Below are positions 1-7,611 of a DNA stretch of 53,391 nt, one piece after another (position 1 is the first letter of the stretch; every line of letters starts with the position of its first letter). The position numbers were made by a program, and so were the translations under genes. Below the pieces are notes generated by a model. The model ran no database searches. It was not told the DNA's origin and saw only the letters and a list, made by a program, of their open reading frames with translations. The stretch is from Parcubacteria group bacterium (GTDB taxonomy: Bacteria > Patescibacteriota > JABMPQ01), in contig JABMPQ010000038.1 of assembly GCA_013202585.1 (NCBI GenBank), positions 1 to 53,391 of the forward strand, read 5' to 3'.

Positions 1-90
1 CACCTCTATTACCTACCTCTCGAAGAATGTTATCCTTTGCATATTGGCATTATTTACTTTAATCTAGCCAATTATGCTCAAGGCTCTAGG

Positions 91-110
91 GTGGGGCAAT
101 AGGTTTTGAA
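91..110 (+). repeat. 20-bp sequence GTGGGGCAATAGGTTTTGAA, repeated inverted at the window end (53372-53391)
   Basis: Exact reverse-complement match read directly from the sequence. Confidence 0.9.
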
Positions 111-149
111 TGCGGCATTCTCAGGCTGGCTGGGTTCAAAGAAATATTA

Positions 150-158
150 TGCTATAAT
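150..158 (+). promoter_or_regulatory. Extended -10 promoter (TGcTATAAT)
   Basis: Perfect TGnTATAAT 14 nt upstream of the structured element at 172; no good -35. Confidence 0.65.
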
Positions 159-171
159 TAAAGTCTAGCTC

Positions 172-313
172 GATTGCTCTGGTACACCTCGAAAACACGT
201 CGGACTTCCCCAGCGAGGAAATCCGACTCCTTGATCGGTCTCATTCCCCCGCCTACGGCGGGGACCATGCCCATTCGACCGATCAAGGTTTTTCTCGGTA
301 CACCAGAGCAATC
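172..313 (+). ncRNA. Candidate structured RNA or 5' leader (multibranched stem-loop), family unknown
   Basis: Outer stem GATTGCTCTGGT(172-183)/ACCAGAGCAATC(302-313); hairpin GTCGGA..TCCGAC (199-227); stem CCTTGATCGGTC(229-240)/GACCGATCAAGG(277-288) enclosing CCCCGCC-TAC-GGCGGGG. Confidence 0.5.
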
Positions 314-331
314 TCCATTAAAATCAAAGCC

Positions 332-1288
332 ATGAAAATAGCTTTTCTCGACACCTCGACTGTTGGCAATAACATTTGGCTAGATTCAATTGCCAAAGAG
401 GGTGAACTGGAAACCTACAAAATAACCTCGCCAGCAGAAACAGCGGCTAGAATACAAGACGCCGATGTTGTTATTACTAATAAGGTTGAAATTAATATTG
501 GCGATAAAGAACTAGCCCAAGCTGATAAACTTAAGCTAATTTGCGTAGCTGCCACTGGTTATAATAATGTTGACCTCGCCGCTGCCAAGAAAAAAGGGGT
601 GGTAGTCGCTAATGTCTCCGGCTATCCCACTGAGGCCGTTGCCCAAATGGTGTTTGCTTATATTCTTACTTTTTATAACGTTATTTCAGAATACGATCAG
701 TCAGTTAAACAAGGTGAATGGAGCAAATCGCACATTTTTACCTTGCTCAAATATCCTATTGCCGGATTGCCAGATAAAACTTTAGGGATCATTGGTTACG
801 GTGCCATTGGCCAAAAAGTAGCCAAGATTGCCCGTGCTTTTGATATGAAGGTTATAGCTGCTACCCGGACGGGAGCCAAGCACTCCGAGGATTTCCGAGT
901 GGAGTTGCCAGAGTTGCTAACCCAAAGCGATATCATAACTATTCACACTCCCCTAACCGAAGAGACAGAAAACCTAATCGGTGCTAAAGAACTAGCGATG
1001 ATGAAACCGGAAGCTATTTTAATCAACGCCGCTCGCGGGGGAATCGTCAATGAAGATGCTCTCTACCAAGCTCTCAAAGAGAAAAAAATAAAGGCGGCCG
1101 CTTTGGACGTACTAGCGGAGGAACCTCCGAAAAGTGGAAGTAAATTGTTCGAGCTTGATAACATTATTATCACTCCCCATGTTGCCTGGGCCACCCGGGA
1201 AAGTCGGCAGCGCCTTATAGACGGAGTAGCAGAAAATATCAGGAAATTTAAGGTAGGAAAAGGCGTAGAGATCGATCTCTGTACTTAA
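332..1288 (+). CDS. D-2-hydroxyacid dehydrogenase (glycerate dehydrogenase/hydroxypyruvate reductase-like)
   Basis: GIIGYGAIG Rossmann motif, LINAARGG, ALDV..EP and ITPHVAW signatures. Confidence 0.9.
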   Translation: MKIAFLDTSTVGNNIWLDSIAKEGELETYKITSPAETAARIQDADVVITNKVEINIGDKELAQADKLKLICVAATGYNNVDLAAAKKKGVVVANVSGYPTEAVAQMVFAYILTFYNVISEYDQSVKQGEWSKSHIFTLLKYPIAGLPDKTLGIIGYGAIGQKVAKIARAFDMKVIAATRTGAKHSEDFRVELPELLTQSDIITIHTPLTEETENLIGAKELAMMKPEAILINAARGGIVNEDALYQALKEKKIKAAALDVLAEEPPKSGSKLFELDNIIITPHVAWATRESRQRLIDGVAENIRKFKVGKGVEIDLCT

Positions 1289-1560
1289 TATTTCTTAGGA
1301 CCAGATTTTTGCGGTTCTTTCTCCTCCGGTTGCGTACTAGAATCGCTCTGATCATCTGACTGGCTGGATTCCAACCACTTCTGTATATCGAAAGACGAGG
1401 ATGAATTATCTGATGAGTCGGTAATAACAAAATATCCGACAATAAGGGTAATCATAAAAAACACTAACACTATACAACTAACACAAAATCCAGTTTTGAT
1501 TCCGCTAGGTGTTCCCTCATAATCTTTATTTATTTTGGGCTTGATGGGAGTGTTATCCAT
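1285..1560 (-). CDS. Small single-pass membrane protein, hypothetical
   Basis: One TM helix and a Ser/Asp-rich tail; its stop overlaps the convergent gene's stop (TTAA). Confidence 0.65.
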   Translation of the reverse strand: MDNTPIKPKINKDYEGTPSGIKTGFCVSCIVLVFFMITLIVGYFVITDSSDNSSSSFDIQKWLESSQSDDQSDSSTQPEEKEPQKSGPKKY

Positions 1561-1654
1561 GACAATTGAAATTAATTTATCTCACAGCCTGATTCTAACA
1601 AGAAAGTAGCTCTTTGGTAAAGCTCACTATTATATCACCGGATTAAACATAAAA

Positions 1655-2332
1655 ATGAAGAACGTAACTTCTGTCCTATTTCTTATCGGCGCCAATTGTA
1701 TCCCGTTGGTTGGAACTATTTTTCTCGGCTGGGACATTTTGACTGTCCTTTTTGTCTACTGGTTAGAAACGATCGTAATGGGATTTTTTAGTGCTCTCAA
1801 GCTTTTTATTTCTAGTGGCAAATCGGGAGTAATGATCTACGGAGCAATAATATTTACTATTACCTACCCCATTTGGGTTTATGTATATTTGAAAGCTATC
1901 CAGGCTATGGCCGTAGTTATCCAGGGAGAAGAAGCGGCTATCACTGGCACCTCTCTGATAGAAGAGATAACTTTTCTTCTAGCCAATTTTAGTGGCTCGA
2001 TTATACTCGCCCTATTATCACTTTTTATTAGTCATGCTTTCTCCTTCGGCACCAACTTTCTCCGCCAAAAGGAATACAAAACACACCAACACCAAACCTT
2101 TAGTGATTTAATGTATGCTCCCTATAAACGCATAGTTACTATGCACATTGTTCTCTTCGCTGGTTCGTTTTTGGCTGTAATATTCAGTGCTCCCCATTTT
2201 TTCGTAGTTGTGCTAGTCATCTTAAAAATATTAGTCGATTTACTAGCTCACCTGGTCGAACATGGTATGATAAGCAGAGCTAGATTAGCTCAGTCTTCTT
2301 GGTTAGTTCTTTTTGGAGCACCAAAACATTAA
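1655..2332 (+). CDS. Polytopic membrane protein (DUF6498-like)
   Basis: 'N.IPLVG..FLGWD...VLFVYWLE' and 'PYKRIVTMH' patterns; about 6 TM helices. Confidence 0.7.
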   Translation: MKNVTSVLFLIGANCIPLVGTIFLGWDILTVLFVYWLETIVMGFFSALKLFISSGKSGVMIYGAIIFTITYPIWVYVYLKAIQAMAVVIQGEEAAITGTSLIEEITFLLANFSGSIILALLSLFISHAFSFGTNFLRQKEYKTHQHQTFSDLMYAPYKRIVTMHIVLFAGSFLAVIFSAPHFFVVVLVILKILVDLLAHLVEHGMISRARLAQSSWLVLFGAPKH

Positions 2333-2343
2333 TTAAAACAGTA

Positions 2344-3582
2344 ATGATCACAACTTCTATCATCTCACTCGTTATTCTCATCCTACTATCCTCATTTTTC
2401 TCCGGCGCGGAAATTGCGTTGTCTTCTTTGAATCCGATCAAAGTTAAAACACTCGTCAAGCAGCGTAAAAAAGGATCTAAAACCCTCGCTCGCCTGAAAG
2501 AAAAATCAGAGCGGACGATTATCACAATCTTAATTGGTAACAATATTGTAAACGTCGCTTCTGCTTCACTGGCCACTTACATTGCTACCGAAAAATTTGG
2601 TTCTAAAGGGTTGGGAATTGCCACTGGCGTAATGACTCTGATTATTTTAGTATTTGGGGAAATCACTCCCAAAACGCTAGCCACCACGCACGCCGAGCGA
2701 GTTTCCTTATTCATTGCCAGGCCGATCCTAATTCTCAGCTATATATTTTATCCGCTAATTGTTATTTTTGACGCCTTCGCTAGCCTGATCAGCCGGCTAT
2801 TCAAAACCCGTAAGCGCAAAGGGATCTCCGAGACAGAAATCAAAACAATGCTGGAATTTGGCGTTGCAGAAAAGGTAATCGATGAGGAGGAAAAAGATAT
2901 TATGCACCAAGCGATTAGGTTCAGCGACATTAAAGCGGAAACAACCATGACTCCCCTGAAAAAAGTATTCCGGTTGCCAGCGGCCACCCCAGCCAAGGAT
3001 GCTCTGGAGCCAATGCTGGACAGTGGTTTTTCGCGAGCGCCAATTTACGAAGGTCAAGATAAAAAAATCACCGGGATTGTCCTGCTCAAAGATGTTATGT
3101 ACTATATTCATGAAAAAGAAGGAGATAAGCTACTTAGTGAAATCGCTACCGACCCGATCTTTGTGCCGAGGAAAATGGAAATTGATGATGTCTTCAAAGC
3201 TTTCAAGGCCCAGCAAAAACATATTGCTCTAGTTGAGGACGAAGAAAAAGATGAAATTATTGGTTTAGTAACCATGGAGGATTTACTGGAAGAATTAATG
3301 GGTGAGATTACCGACGAGAGCGACATCACTCCTAATACTATTATTAGAATTAGTGAAAATACTATTGCCGTACATGGAGACACCTTAGTAAGTGAGATAA
3401 ATAGCTTTTTTCAGACTTCTCTGCCCATGAAGAAAAAAAGTTTGCGCTTATATGAGCTGATTAAGAATAATTTTCCGGAGTACAAGCAGGGAGCTCAACT
3501 AAAAATGGGTAATATTGTTTTTATCCTAGATAAGGTGGATGATGATAAAATAATGAAGGTGCGGATTAAAAAGAAGGGGTAA
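2344..3582 (+). CDS. CNNM/DUF21-CBS hemolysin-family (CorB/TlyC-like) membrane protein
   Basis: SFFSGAEIAL, ILIGNNIVN, FGEITPK, FSRAPIY and GLVTMEDLLEELMGEI motifs; ATG 2344 chosen because it avoids overlap with the upstream gene. Confidence 0.9.
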   Translation: MITTSIISLVILILLSSFFSGAEIALSSLNPIKVKTLVKQRKKGSKTLARLKEKSERTIITILIGNNIVNVASASLATYIATEKFGSKGLGIATGVMTLIILVFGEITPKTLATTHAERVSLFIARPILILSYIFYPLIVIFDAFASLISRLFKTRKRKGISETEIKTMLEFGVAEKVIDEEEKDIMHQAIRFSDIKAETTMTPLKKVFRLPAATPAKDALEPMLDSGFSRAPIYEGQDKKITGIVLLKDVMYYIHEKEGDKLLSEIATDPIFVPRKMEIDDVFKAFKAQQKHIALVEDEEKDEIIGLVTMEDLLEELMGEITDESDITPNTIIRISENTIAVHGDTLVSEINSFFQTSLPMKKKSLRLYELIKNNFPEYKQGAQLKMGNIVFILDKVDDDKIMKVRIKKKG

Positions 3583-3604
3583 GTTAATTTTTCATTTTCG
3601 GGGC

Positions 3605-3636
3605 AACCGGCACGGGTGATTCTACGCCGGTTTTTT
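3605..3636 (+). terminator. Rho-independent terminator
   Basis: AACCGGC..GCCGGTT stem followed by a T-run. Confidence 0.65.
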
Positions 3637-3672
3637 GTTTTTGAGTGGTTGTTTGGCGATGCGATTTTTAGT

Positions 3673-3726
3673 AAAAAAAGACTCACCACGACGAGGATAG
3701 CAATTGCTAGTCCTGGTCGGGTGAGT
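3673..3726 (-). terminator. Long-hairpin terminator of the 3733-4215 gene
   Basis: ACTCACC..GGTGAGT stem with inner pairing; A7 on + strand is a T-run on - strand. Confidence 0.7.
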
Positions 3727-3732
3727 AAAAGA

Positions 3733-4215
3733 TCAGCTCTCATCATCGTCATCGTCAGCGGGTGGAGGGCCGGCGTCAGGCGGGGGCGGTGATGAATCCG
3801 GAGCGGGCGGGCCTATGGAGCCAGCGTCGGAGGTGGGTGGCTTCTTGGGCTTGGTAGACTTTTTGAGTGGGGGCGGGGACTTGGTCGGGGACTTCTTCTT
3901 GGGGCTGCAATCGAAGCCCATCCGCAACGCTCCCGTGAAGCCCTTTATCAAGAGACAAACCGCGTCTCTGTCCTGCTCAGCGGCTTGCTTGTACTTAGCC
4001 ACCGCGTGTTTGCAGGCGACAAAGTTCCCCTCTGGGCAGGCCTCGAGCGCTGTCTCGAGCGCCTCGCTGCGGTCGTCCTCGGCCTCCTCAATCATGTTTT
4101 CCGCATTCTCATGCGCGGGGGTCTTTTCCCTACTGCACTCGCCGTAGAGAATCCCGGCACCAAAGATGAATCCTGCAGCCAAAACTGCGACAATAATCGT
4201 CCCGAGTTTTTCCAT
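3733..4215 (-). CDS. GC-rich orphan; N-terminal TM/signal, Cys residues, Pro-rich 'PDAG' acidic tail
   Basis: 160-aa ORF with AAGGAG SD (4222-4227), its own promoter and a terminator. Confidence 0.7.
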   Translation of the reverse strand: MEKLGTIIVAVLAAGFIFGAGILYGECSREKTPAHENAENMIEEAEDDRSEALETALEACPEGNFVACKHAVAKYKQAAEQDRDAVCLLIKGFTGALRMGFDCSPKKKSPTKSPPPLKKSTKPKKPPTSDAGSIGPPAPDSSPPPPDAGPPPADDDDDES

Positions 4216-4262
4216 TTCTCACTCCTTCCCTTTTTTCAGGGAGTTTTTTCTGATTGTCTGTA

Positions 4263-4337
4263 AAACCTGCGATTATAGCAGTTTTGGATCATTTTAAATG
4301 CTTTAAAACAAGCCAAAAATCCTAAAATCGCAGGTTT
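4263..4337. repeat. 75-nt imperfect inverted repeat in the leader of the 3733-4215 gene
   Basis: AAACCTGCGATTATAG/CTAAAATCGCAGGTTT arms (15/16 match) plus inner TTTTGG/CCAAAA and TTTTAAA/TTTAAAA. Confidence 0.8.
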
Positions 4338-4397
4338 GCCACCAACGCTGGAAAGGGCTTTCTAGACTATAATCTAGGTACTATTCGCGAGCATTAC

Positions 4398-4425
4398 ACT
4401 ATACCATAATTGATATTTATGTCAG
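4398..4425 (-). promoter_or_regulatory. Sigma70-type promoter (CTGACA-16-TATAGT, TG-extended)
   Basis: Consensus-like boxes, divergent from the promoter at 4451. Confidence 0.55.
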
Positions 4426-4450
4426 TACATTCGCTGTTTTGGATTAGCTA

Positions 4451-4479
4451 TTGACATAATAGTAGTATAATGCTATTAT
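4451..4479 (+). promoter_or_regulatory. Sigma70-type promoter (TTGACA-17-TATTAT, TG-extended)
   Basis: Near-consensus boxes with 17-nt spacer. Confidence 0.7.
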
Positions 4480-4536
4480 GTAATATTCGTAATCTGGAAT
4501 GAACCTCAAAAAAATCGCGAAGTCAAGGAGACAGAT

Positions 4537-5106
4537 ATGGAGATCGTTAGAACTACAGTAGGCTGGGTGATGTCGCTGACGACCGCAAATGTGGTTGTGA
4601 TTGTAATTGTCGTCGGGCTGCTCGTGGCCGGTCTCATAGCTAGCCGCCCGAAAATTATCGAAGCTATAGGAGACTGGATAGCGTCGAGCTGGGTGATGTC
4701 GCTGACGATCACGAGCGTGGTCGTGACAGTGGTAGTCATCGGGTTGATCGGATTCAGCCTGAACAAGTGTAACGACTGGACCGAGCAGGATGTCAAGATC
4801 GTCTCAGTCGTCGATCCTGATGATCCAGACTCCGACATCATGGAAGTGGTCTGGAAGGAGAAGGTCACGATGGTGGGAGCAATGTGGTCGAACTGCGGTT
4901 TGCCCAAGACACTCTACAAGGATGACGCCTTCATTGTGCCGAGATTATTTATTCTCGGCTTCGAAGAAGGAGCCGTCCTCAAGTCGGGAGCCAACCGCGG
5001 CGGGTTTGATATCAACATCACCCCCCAGTGGTTGAAGCCGGCCACCAAACGGTTGACAAAATATATCAACCTTTCTTTCAACTGTCAGTACACCCTCTAC
5101 TTCTGA
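4537..5106 (+). CDS. GC-rich orphan membrane protein with duplicated N-terminal TM unit
   Basis: AAGGAG SD (4525-4530); 'WVMSLT..VVV.V.V.GL' occurs twice; followed by a terminator. Confidence 0.7.
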   Translation: MEIVRTTVGWVMSLTTANVVVIVIVVGLLVAGLIASRPKIIEAIGDWIASSWVMSLTITSVVVTVVVIGLIGFSLNKCNDWTEQDVKIVSVVDPDDPDSDIMEVVWKEKVTMVGAMWSNCGLPKTLYKDDAFIVPRLFILGFEEGAVLKSGANRGGFDINITPQWLKPATKRLTKYINLSFNCQYTLYF

Positions 5107-5135
5107 CAACGATTCCCGCCCTTTCGCCCTGTTCC

Positions 5136-5169
5136 CGAGCCACGCTCTCAATGCGCGGCTCATTTTTTT
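5136..5169 (+). terminator. Rho-independent terminator
   Basis: GAGCCACGC..GCGCGGCTC stem followed by T7. Confidence 0.7.
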
Positions 5170-5215
5170 ACGCAAAAACTGCCCTAAACACACAGGCAGC
5201 TTTGTAAGATAATAT

Positions 5216-6727
5216 TTATTTTACCAAACTCTCTCCCGTCATCTCGGCTGGTTGCGGTAAGCCTAACATTTCCAACACCGTCGGCGCCACATCCGACAGC
5301 TTACCTTCTTCCCGATTAGTTTTATATCGCTCGCTCGCCAAGATAAACGGCACTGGATTGATTGTATGGCTAGTCACGGGCTCACCCGTCCCCGTATCAA
5401 AAACTTCCTCGGCATTACCATGGTCAGCGGTAATAATAATATGATAACCTTCAGCCAGCCCCGCCTCCACGATCTCACCCAAAGCCTGATCAATTACCTC
5501 CACTCCTTTTTTCACCGGCTCGATCTTGGCTGTGTGCCCGACCATATCTCCATTACACAAGTTAGAAAATATCACCTGGTGAGTTCCTGCTTTAATATCT
5601 TGGACAATCTCACGAGCAATATCGGGTGTGCGCATTTCCGGCTTCTCATCATGAGTAGCAATATCCGAATAGGAATCTAACATCATTCGATCCTCTCCCT
5701 CTAGCGCCGCCATTTTTTTACAATTGAGAAAATAGGTGAGGTGGTTAAATTTCTCTGTTTCGGTGATACGTAGTTGTTTTAAGCCCGCTTGAGAGATAAC
5801 CTCTCCTAAAGTATTGGCTACTTGCTCTGACGGAAAAGCTACTCGACAGTCAAATTCTTTCCGGTACTGCGACATCGTCACGTAGTCCAAATTGGCAATA
5901 TCTGATTCGAGAAACTTTTGCGACAACTGCACCGCTCGATCCGACCGAAAATTAACAGATATGACAGCATCATTGGAACTAACGCAACCTTCTTCACCCG
6001 GCTCCATTTCAATGATAGAAGGCTTAATAAACTCGTCCGTTTCCTGATGATCATAGGCATCTTCGATCGCTTCCCGGGCGGAAGTATACTTACGACCCTC
6101 CCCCTTGGTAATAGCGGCAAAAGCGGCTTCCGTCCGTTCCAGATTATTGTCCCGATCCATCGCCCAATAGCGACCGGTAACCGAAGCAATCCGGCCCAAA
6201 CCTAATTTATTCATAAAGTCTTGTAGCTCTTTGACATATTTGAGGGCGCTCTTGGGAGCCGTATCTCGCCCATCAGTAAAAACGTGTACTTCCACGCGCG
6301 GCACGCCTATCTTTTTAGCCAATGATAACAAAGCATAAAAATGCTCCTGATGCGAATGTACCCCACCACTACTAACTAGGCCTTGTAAATGCAAACAACT
6401 TTGGTGCTTTTTCACGTGTTCCATTGCTTTGGTAAGCGCTTCATTGCCAGCCATATTATCCCGCTTGATCGCCTGATCTATTTTCATCAAATCCTGAAAA
6501 ATTACCCGGCCAGCGCCAATAGTCATGTGGTTAACTTCCGAAGTGCCCATTTGTCCTGCCGGCAAACCGACTGACATACCAGCAGCCCCCAACACCGCGT
6601 GCGAATAATCGCGCCAAAGCTGATCATAATTAGGTGTTCGCGCCTGCGCAATCGCATTATGATCTTTTTCTTCCCGGTGACCCCAGCCATCGAGAATAAG
6701 CAAAACTATTTTTTCTTGTTTGGTCAT
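5216..6727 (-). CDS. gpmI: 2,3-bisphosphoglycerate-independent phosphoglycerate mutase
   Basis: LLILDGWG, GQMGTSEVNH, GGVHSH, DGRDT, GRYWAMDRD, DMVGHT and ITADHGNAE motifs; start at ATG 6727. Confidence 0.95.
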   Translation of the reverse strand: MTKQEKIVLLILDGWGHREEKDHNAIAQARTPNYDQLWRDYSHAVLGAAGMSVGLPAGQMGTSEVNHMTIGAGRVIFQDLMKIDQAIKRDNMAGNEALTKAMEHVKKHQSCLHLQGLVSSGGVHSHQEHFYALLSLAKKIGVPRVEVHVFTDGRDTAPKSALKYVKELQDFMNKLGLGRIASVTGRYWAMDRDNNLERTEAAFAAITKGEGRKYTSAREAIEDAYDHQETDEFIKPSIIEMEPGEEGCVSSNDAVISVNFRSDRAVQLSQKFLESDIANLDYVTMSQYRKEFDCRVAFPSEQVANTLGEVISQAGLKQLRITETEKFNHLTYFLNCKKMAALEGEDRMMLDSYSDIATHDEKPEMRTPDIAREIVQDIKAGTHQVIFSNLCNGDMVGHTAKIEPVKKGVEVIDQALGEIVEAGLAEGYHIIITADHGNAEEVFDTGTGEPVTSHTINPVPFILASERYKTNREEGKLSDVAPTVLEMLGLPQPAEMTGESLVK

Positions 6728-6783
6728 ATTAGTTGATTGACATTGCTTCCAGCATAGTATTTTGACGAATAAATTCAATACCA

Positions 6784-6812
6784 TTGAAAAATCCGGCGGC
6801 GTATGCTAACCT
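6784..6812 (+). promoter_or_regulatory. Promoter for the tRNA region (TTGAAA-17-TAACCT, TG-extended)
   Basis: Box spacing and position upstream of tRNA-Arg. Confidence 0.5.
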
Positions 6813-6844
6813 CAGACTTACTGGTGACCGGTGTTGACCAACCT

Positions 6845-6916
6845 GCCCTTGTGGTGAAATGGATATCACTACTGGCTTCGGACCAGTCATTGGGGGTTCG
6901 AATCCCTCCGAGGGCA
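6845..6916 (+). tRNA. tRNA-Arg (anticodon TCG), CCA not encoded
   Basis: Acceptor GCCCTTG/CGAGGGC, anticodon arm ACTGG-CTTCGGA-CCAGT, T-arm GGGGG-TTCGAAT-CCCTC. Confidence 0.92.
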
Positions 6917-6936
6917 TAATAAATACACGAAACAAA

Positions 6937-7002
6937 ACCAGCCATTGGGGGTTCCCACCCTAACGGGTGGTCACCCGCAGGGTGAGAATCCCTCCGAGGG
7001 CA
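6937..7002 (+). pseudogene. Duplicated 3' half of tRNA-Arg interrupted in the T-loop by a 31-bp twin hairpin (6955-6985)
   Basis: ACCAGCCATTGGGGGTTC | CCACCC-TAAC-GGGTGG TCACCC-GCA-GGGTGA | GAATCCCTCCGAGGGCA. Confidence 0.85.
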
Positions 7003-7033
7003 AATTAAAACAACATCCATGTTTACTGACAAA

Positions 7034-7192
7034 ATGAAATTTCGCTTTGGCTTTATCTTTATTGGTGTTTTTTTGGTGGTAATTGGTTGCTTCCTCTATC
7101 TAGGCTGGCGGCAAGGAGAAAAAATCGAAAGACACGAAGCTAGCAGCATTACCGAAGATTTGCGGACAATGACTGGCCAACTGACTCGGTAG
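7034..7192 (+). CDS. Small membrane protein (52 aa; alternative start 7019), below the ORF-track cutoff
   Basis: MKFRFGFIFIGVFLVVIGCFLYLGWRQGEKIERHE...: a TM helix followed by a charged tail. Confidence 0.5.
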   Translation: MKFRFGFIFIGVFLVVIGCFLYLGWRQGEKIERHEASSITEDLRTMTGQLTR

Positions 7193-7207
7193 GTTTATTA
7201 TTGTAAT

Positions 7208-7245
7208 GAGCCCGTAGCTGTCTGCCGGCAGGCAGGGCTCAGTTG
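7208..7245 (+). pseudogene. tRNA-Ala 5' fragment interrupted by a 20-bp palindrome (7217-7236)
   Basis: GAGCCCGTA | GCTGTCTGCCGGCAGGCAGG | GCTCAGTTG versus tRNA GGGCCCGTAGCTCAGCTG. Confidence 0.7.
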
Positions 7246-7265
7246 ACGCTCTCCTATATTTTAGA

Positions 7266-7322
7266 GGGCCCGTAGCTCAGCTGGTAGAGCGTCCCGATGG
7301 ACATCGGGAAAGTCAGGAGTTC
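7266..7322 (+). pseudogene. Truncated tRNA-Ala copy with its anticodon arm replaced by the hairpin TCCCGATG-GA-CATCGGGA
   Basis: 7266-7290 is identical to 7602-7626; GTCAGGAGTTC (7312-7322) matches 7647-7657; the copy ends at the T-loop TTC. Confidence 0.85.
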
Positions 7323-7344
7323 TGGAATACAATAAATTAATAGC

Positions 7345-7611
7345 ATGGAGGGGTTTGTTTATATTATAAGAAGTCTAAAAAGTGGTCATTTTTATGTTGG
7401 TAGCACCAAAAATGTTCAGAATAGAGTCATTGAGCACAATTTAGGAAAAACACGATCAACAAAATACCGTACGCCTTGGCAGTTAGTCTTTTACAAAAAA
7501 TACGACGACATTAACAAAGCAAAGCGGATTGAATATAAGTTGAAGAAGGCAAAAAGTAGAAAAATAATAGAGAGAATTATTCGAGACAGAGATATAAAGA
7601 TGGGCCCGTAG
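7345..7611 (+). CDS. Stand-alone GIY-YIG nuclease (UPF0213/YazA-like)
   Basis: FVYII..HFYVGST..RVIEHN..A.RIEYKLK; the stop codon lies inside tRNA-Ala. Confidence 0.9.
   Translation: MEGFVYIIRSLKSGHFYVGSTKNVQNRVIEHNLGKTRSTKYRTPWQLVFYKKYDDINKAKRIEYKLKKAKSRKIIERIIRDRDIKMGP

Noticed and set aside
1..110. Possible CRISPR repeat, or 3' end of a CDS (frame 1 open to TAG at 100-102)
   Set aside because: There is only one copy of the 20-mer at each end, with no repeat-spacer periodicity and no cas genes. The 33-codon open frame has no recognisable motif.
4263..4337. Integron attC site
   Set aside because: The ends do not fit RYYYAAC/GTTRRRY, the would-be unpaired central spacer is fully paired, and no integron integrase is present.
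6729..7032. Minus-strand ORFs 6729-6935 and 6775-7032
   Set aside because: They are antisense translations of tRNA-Arg and its duplicate.
7266..7322. Functional second tRNA (e.g. Val-GAC)
   Set aside because: It has no 7-nt anticodon loop and lacks the 3' T-stem and acceptor strand.
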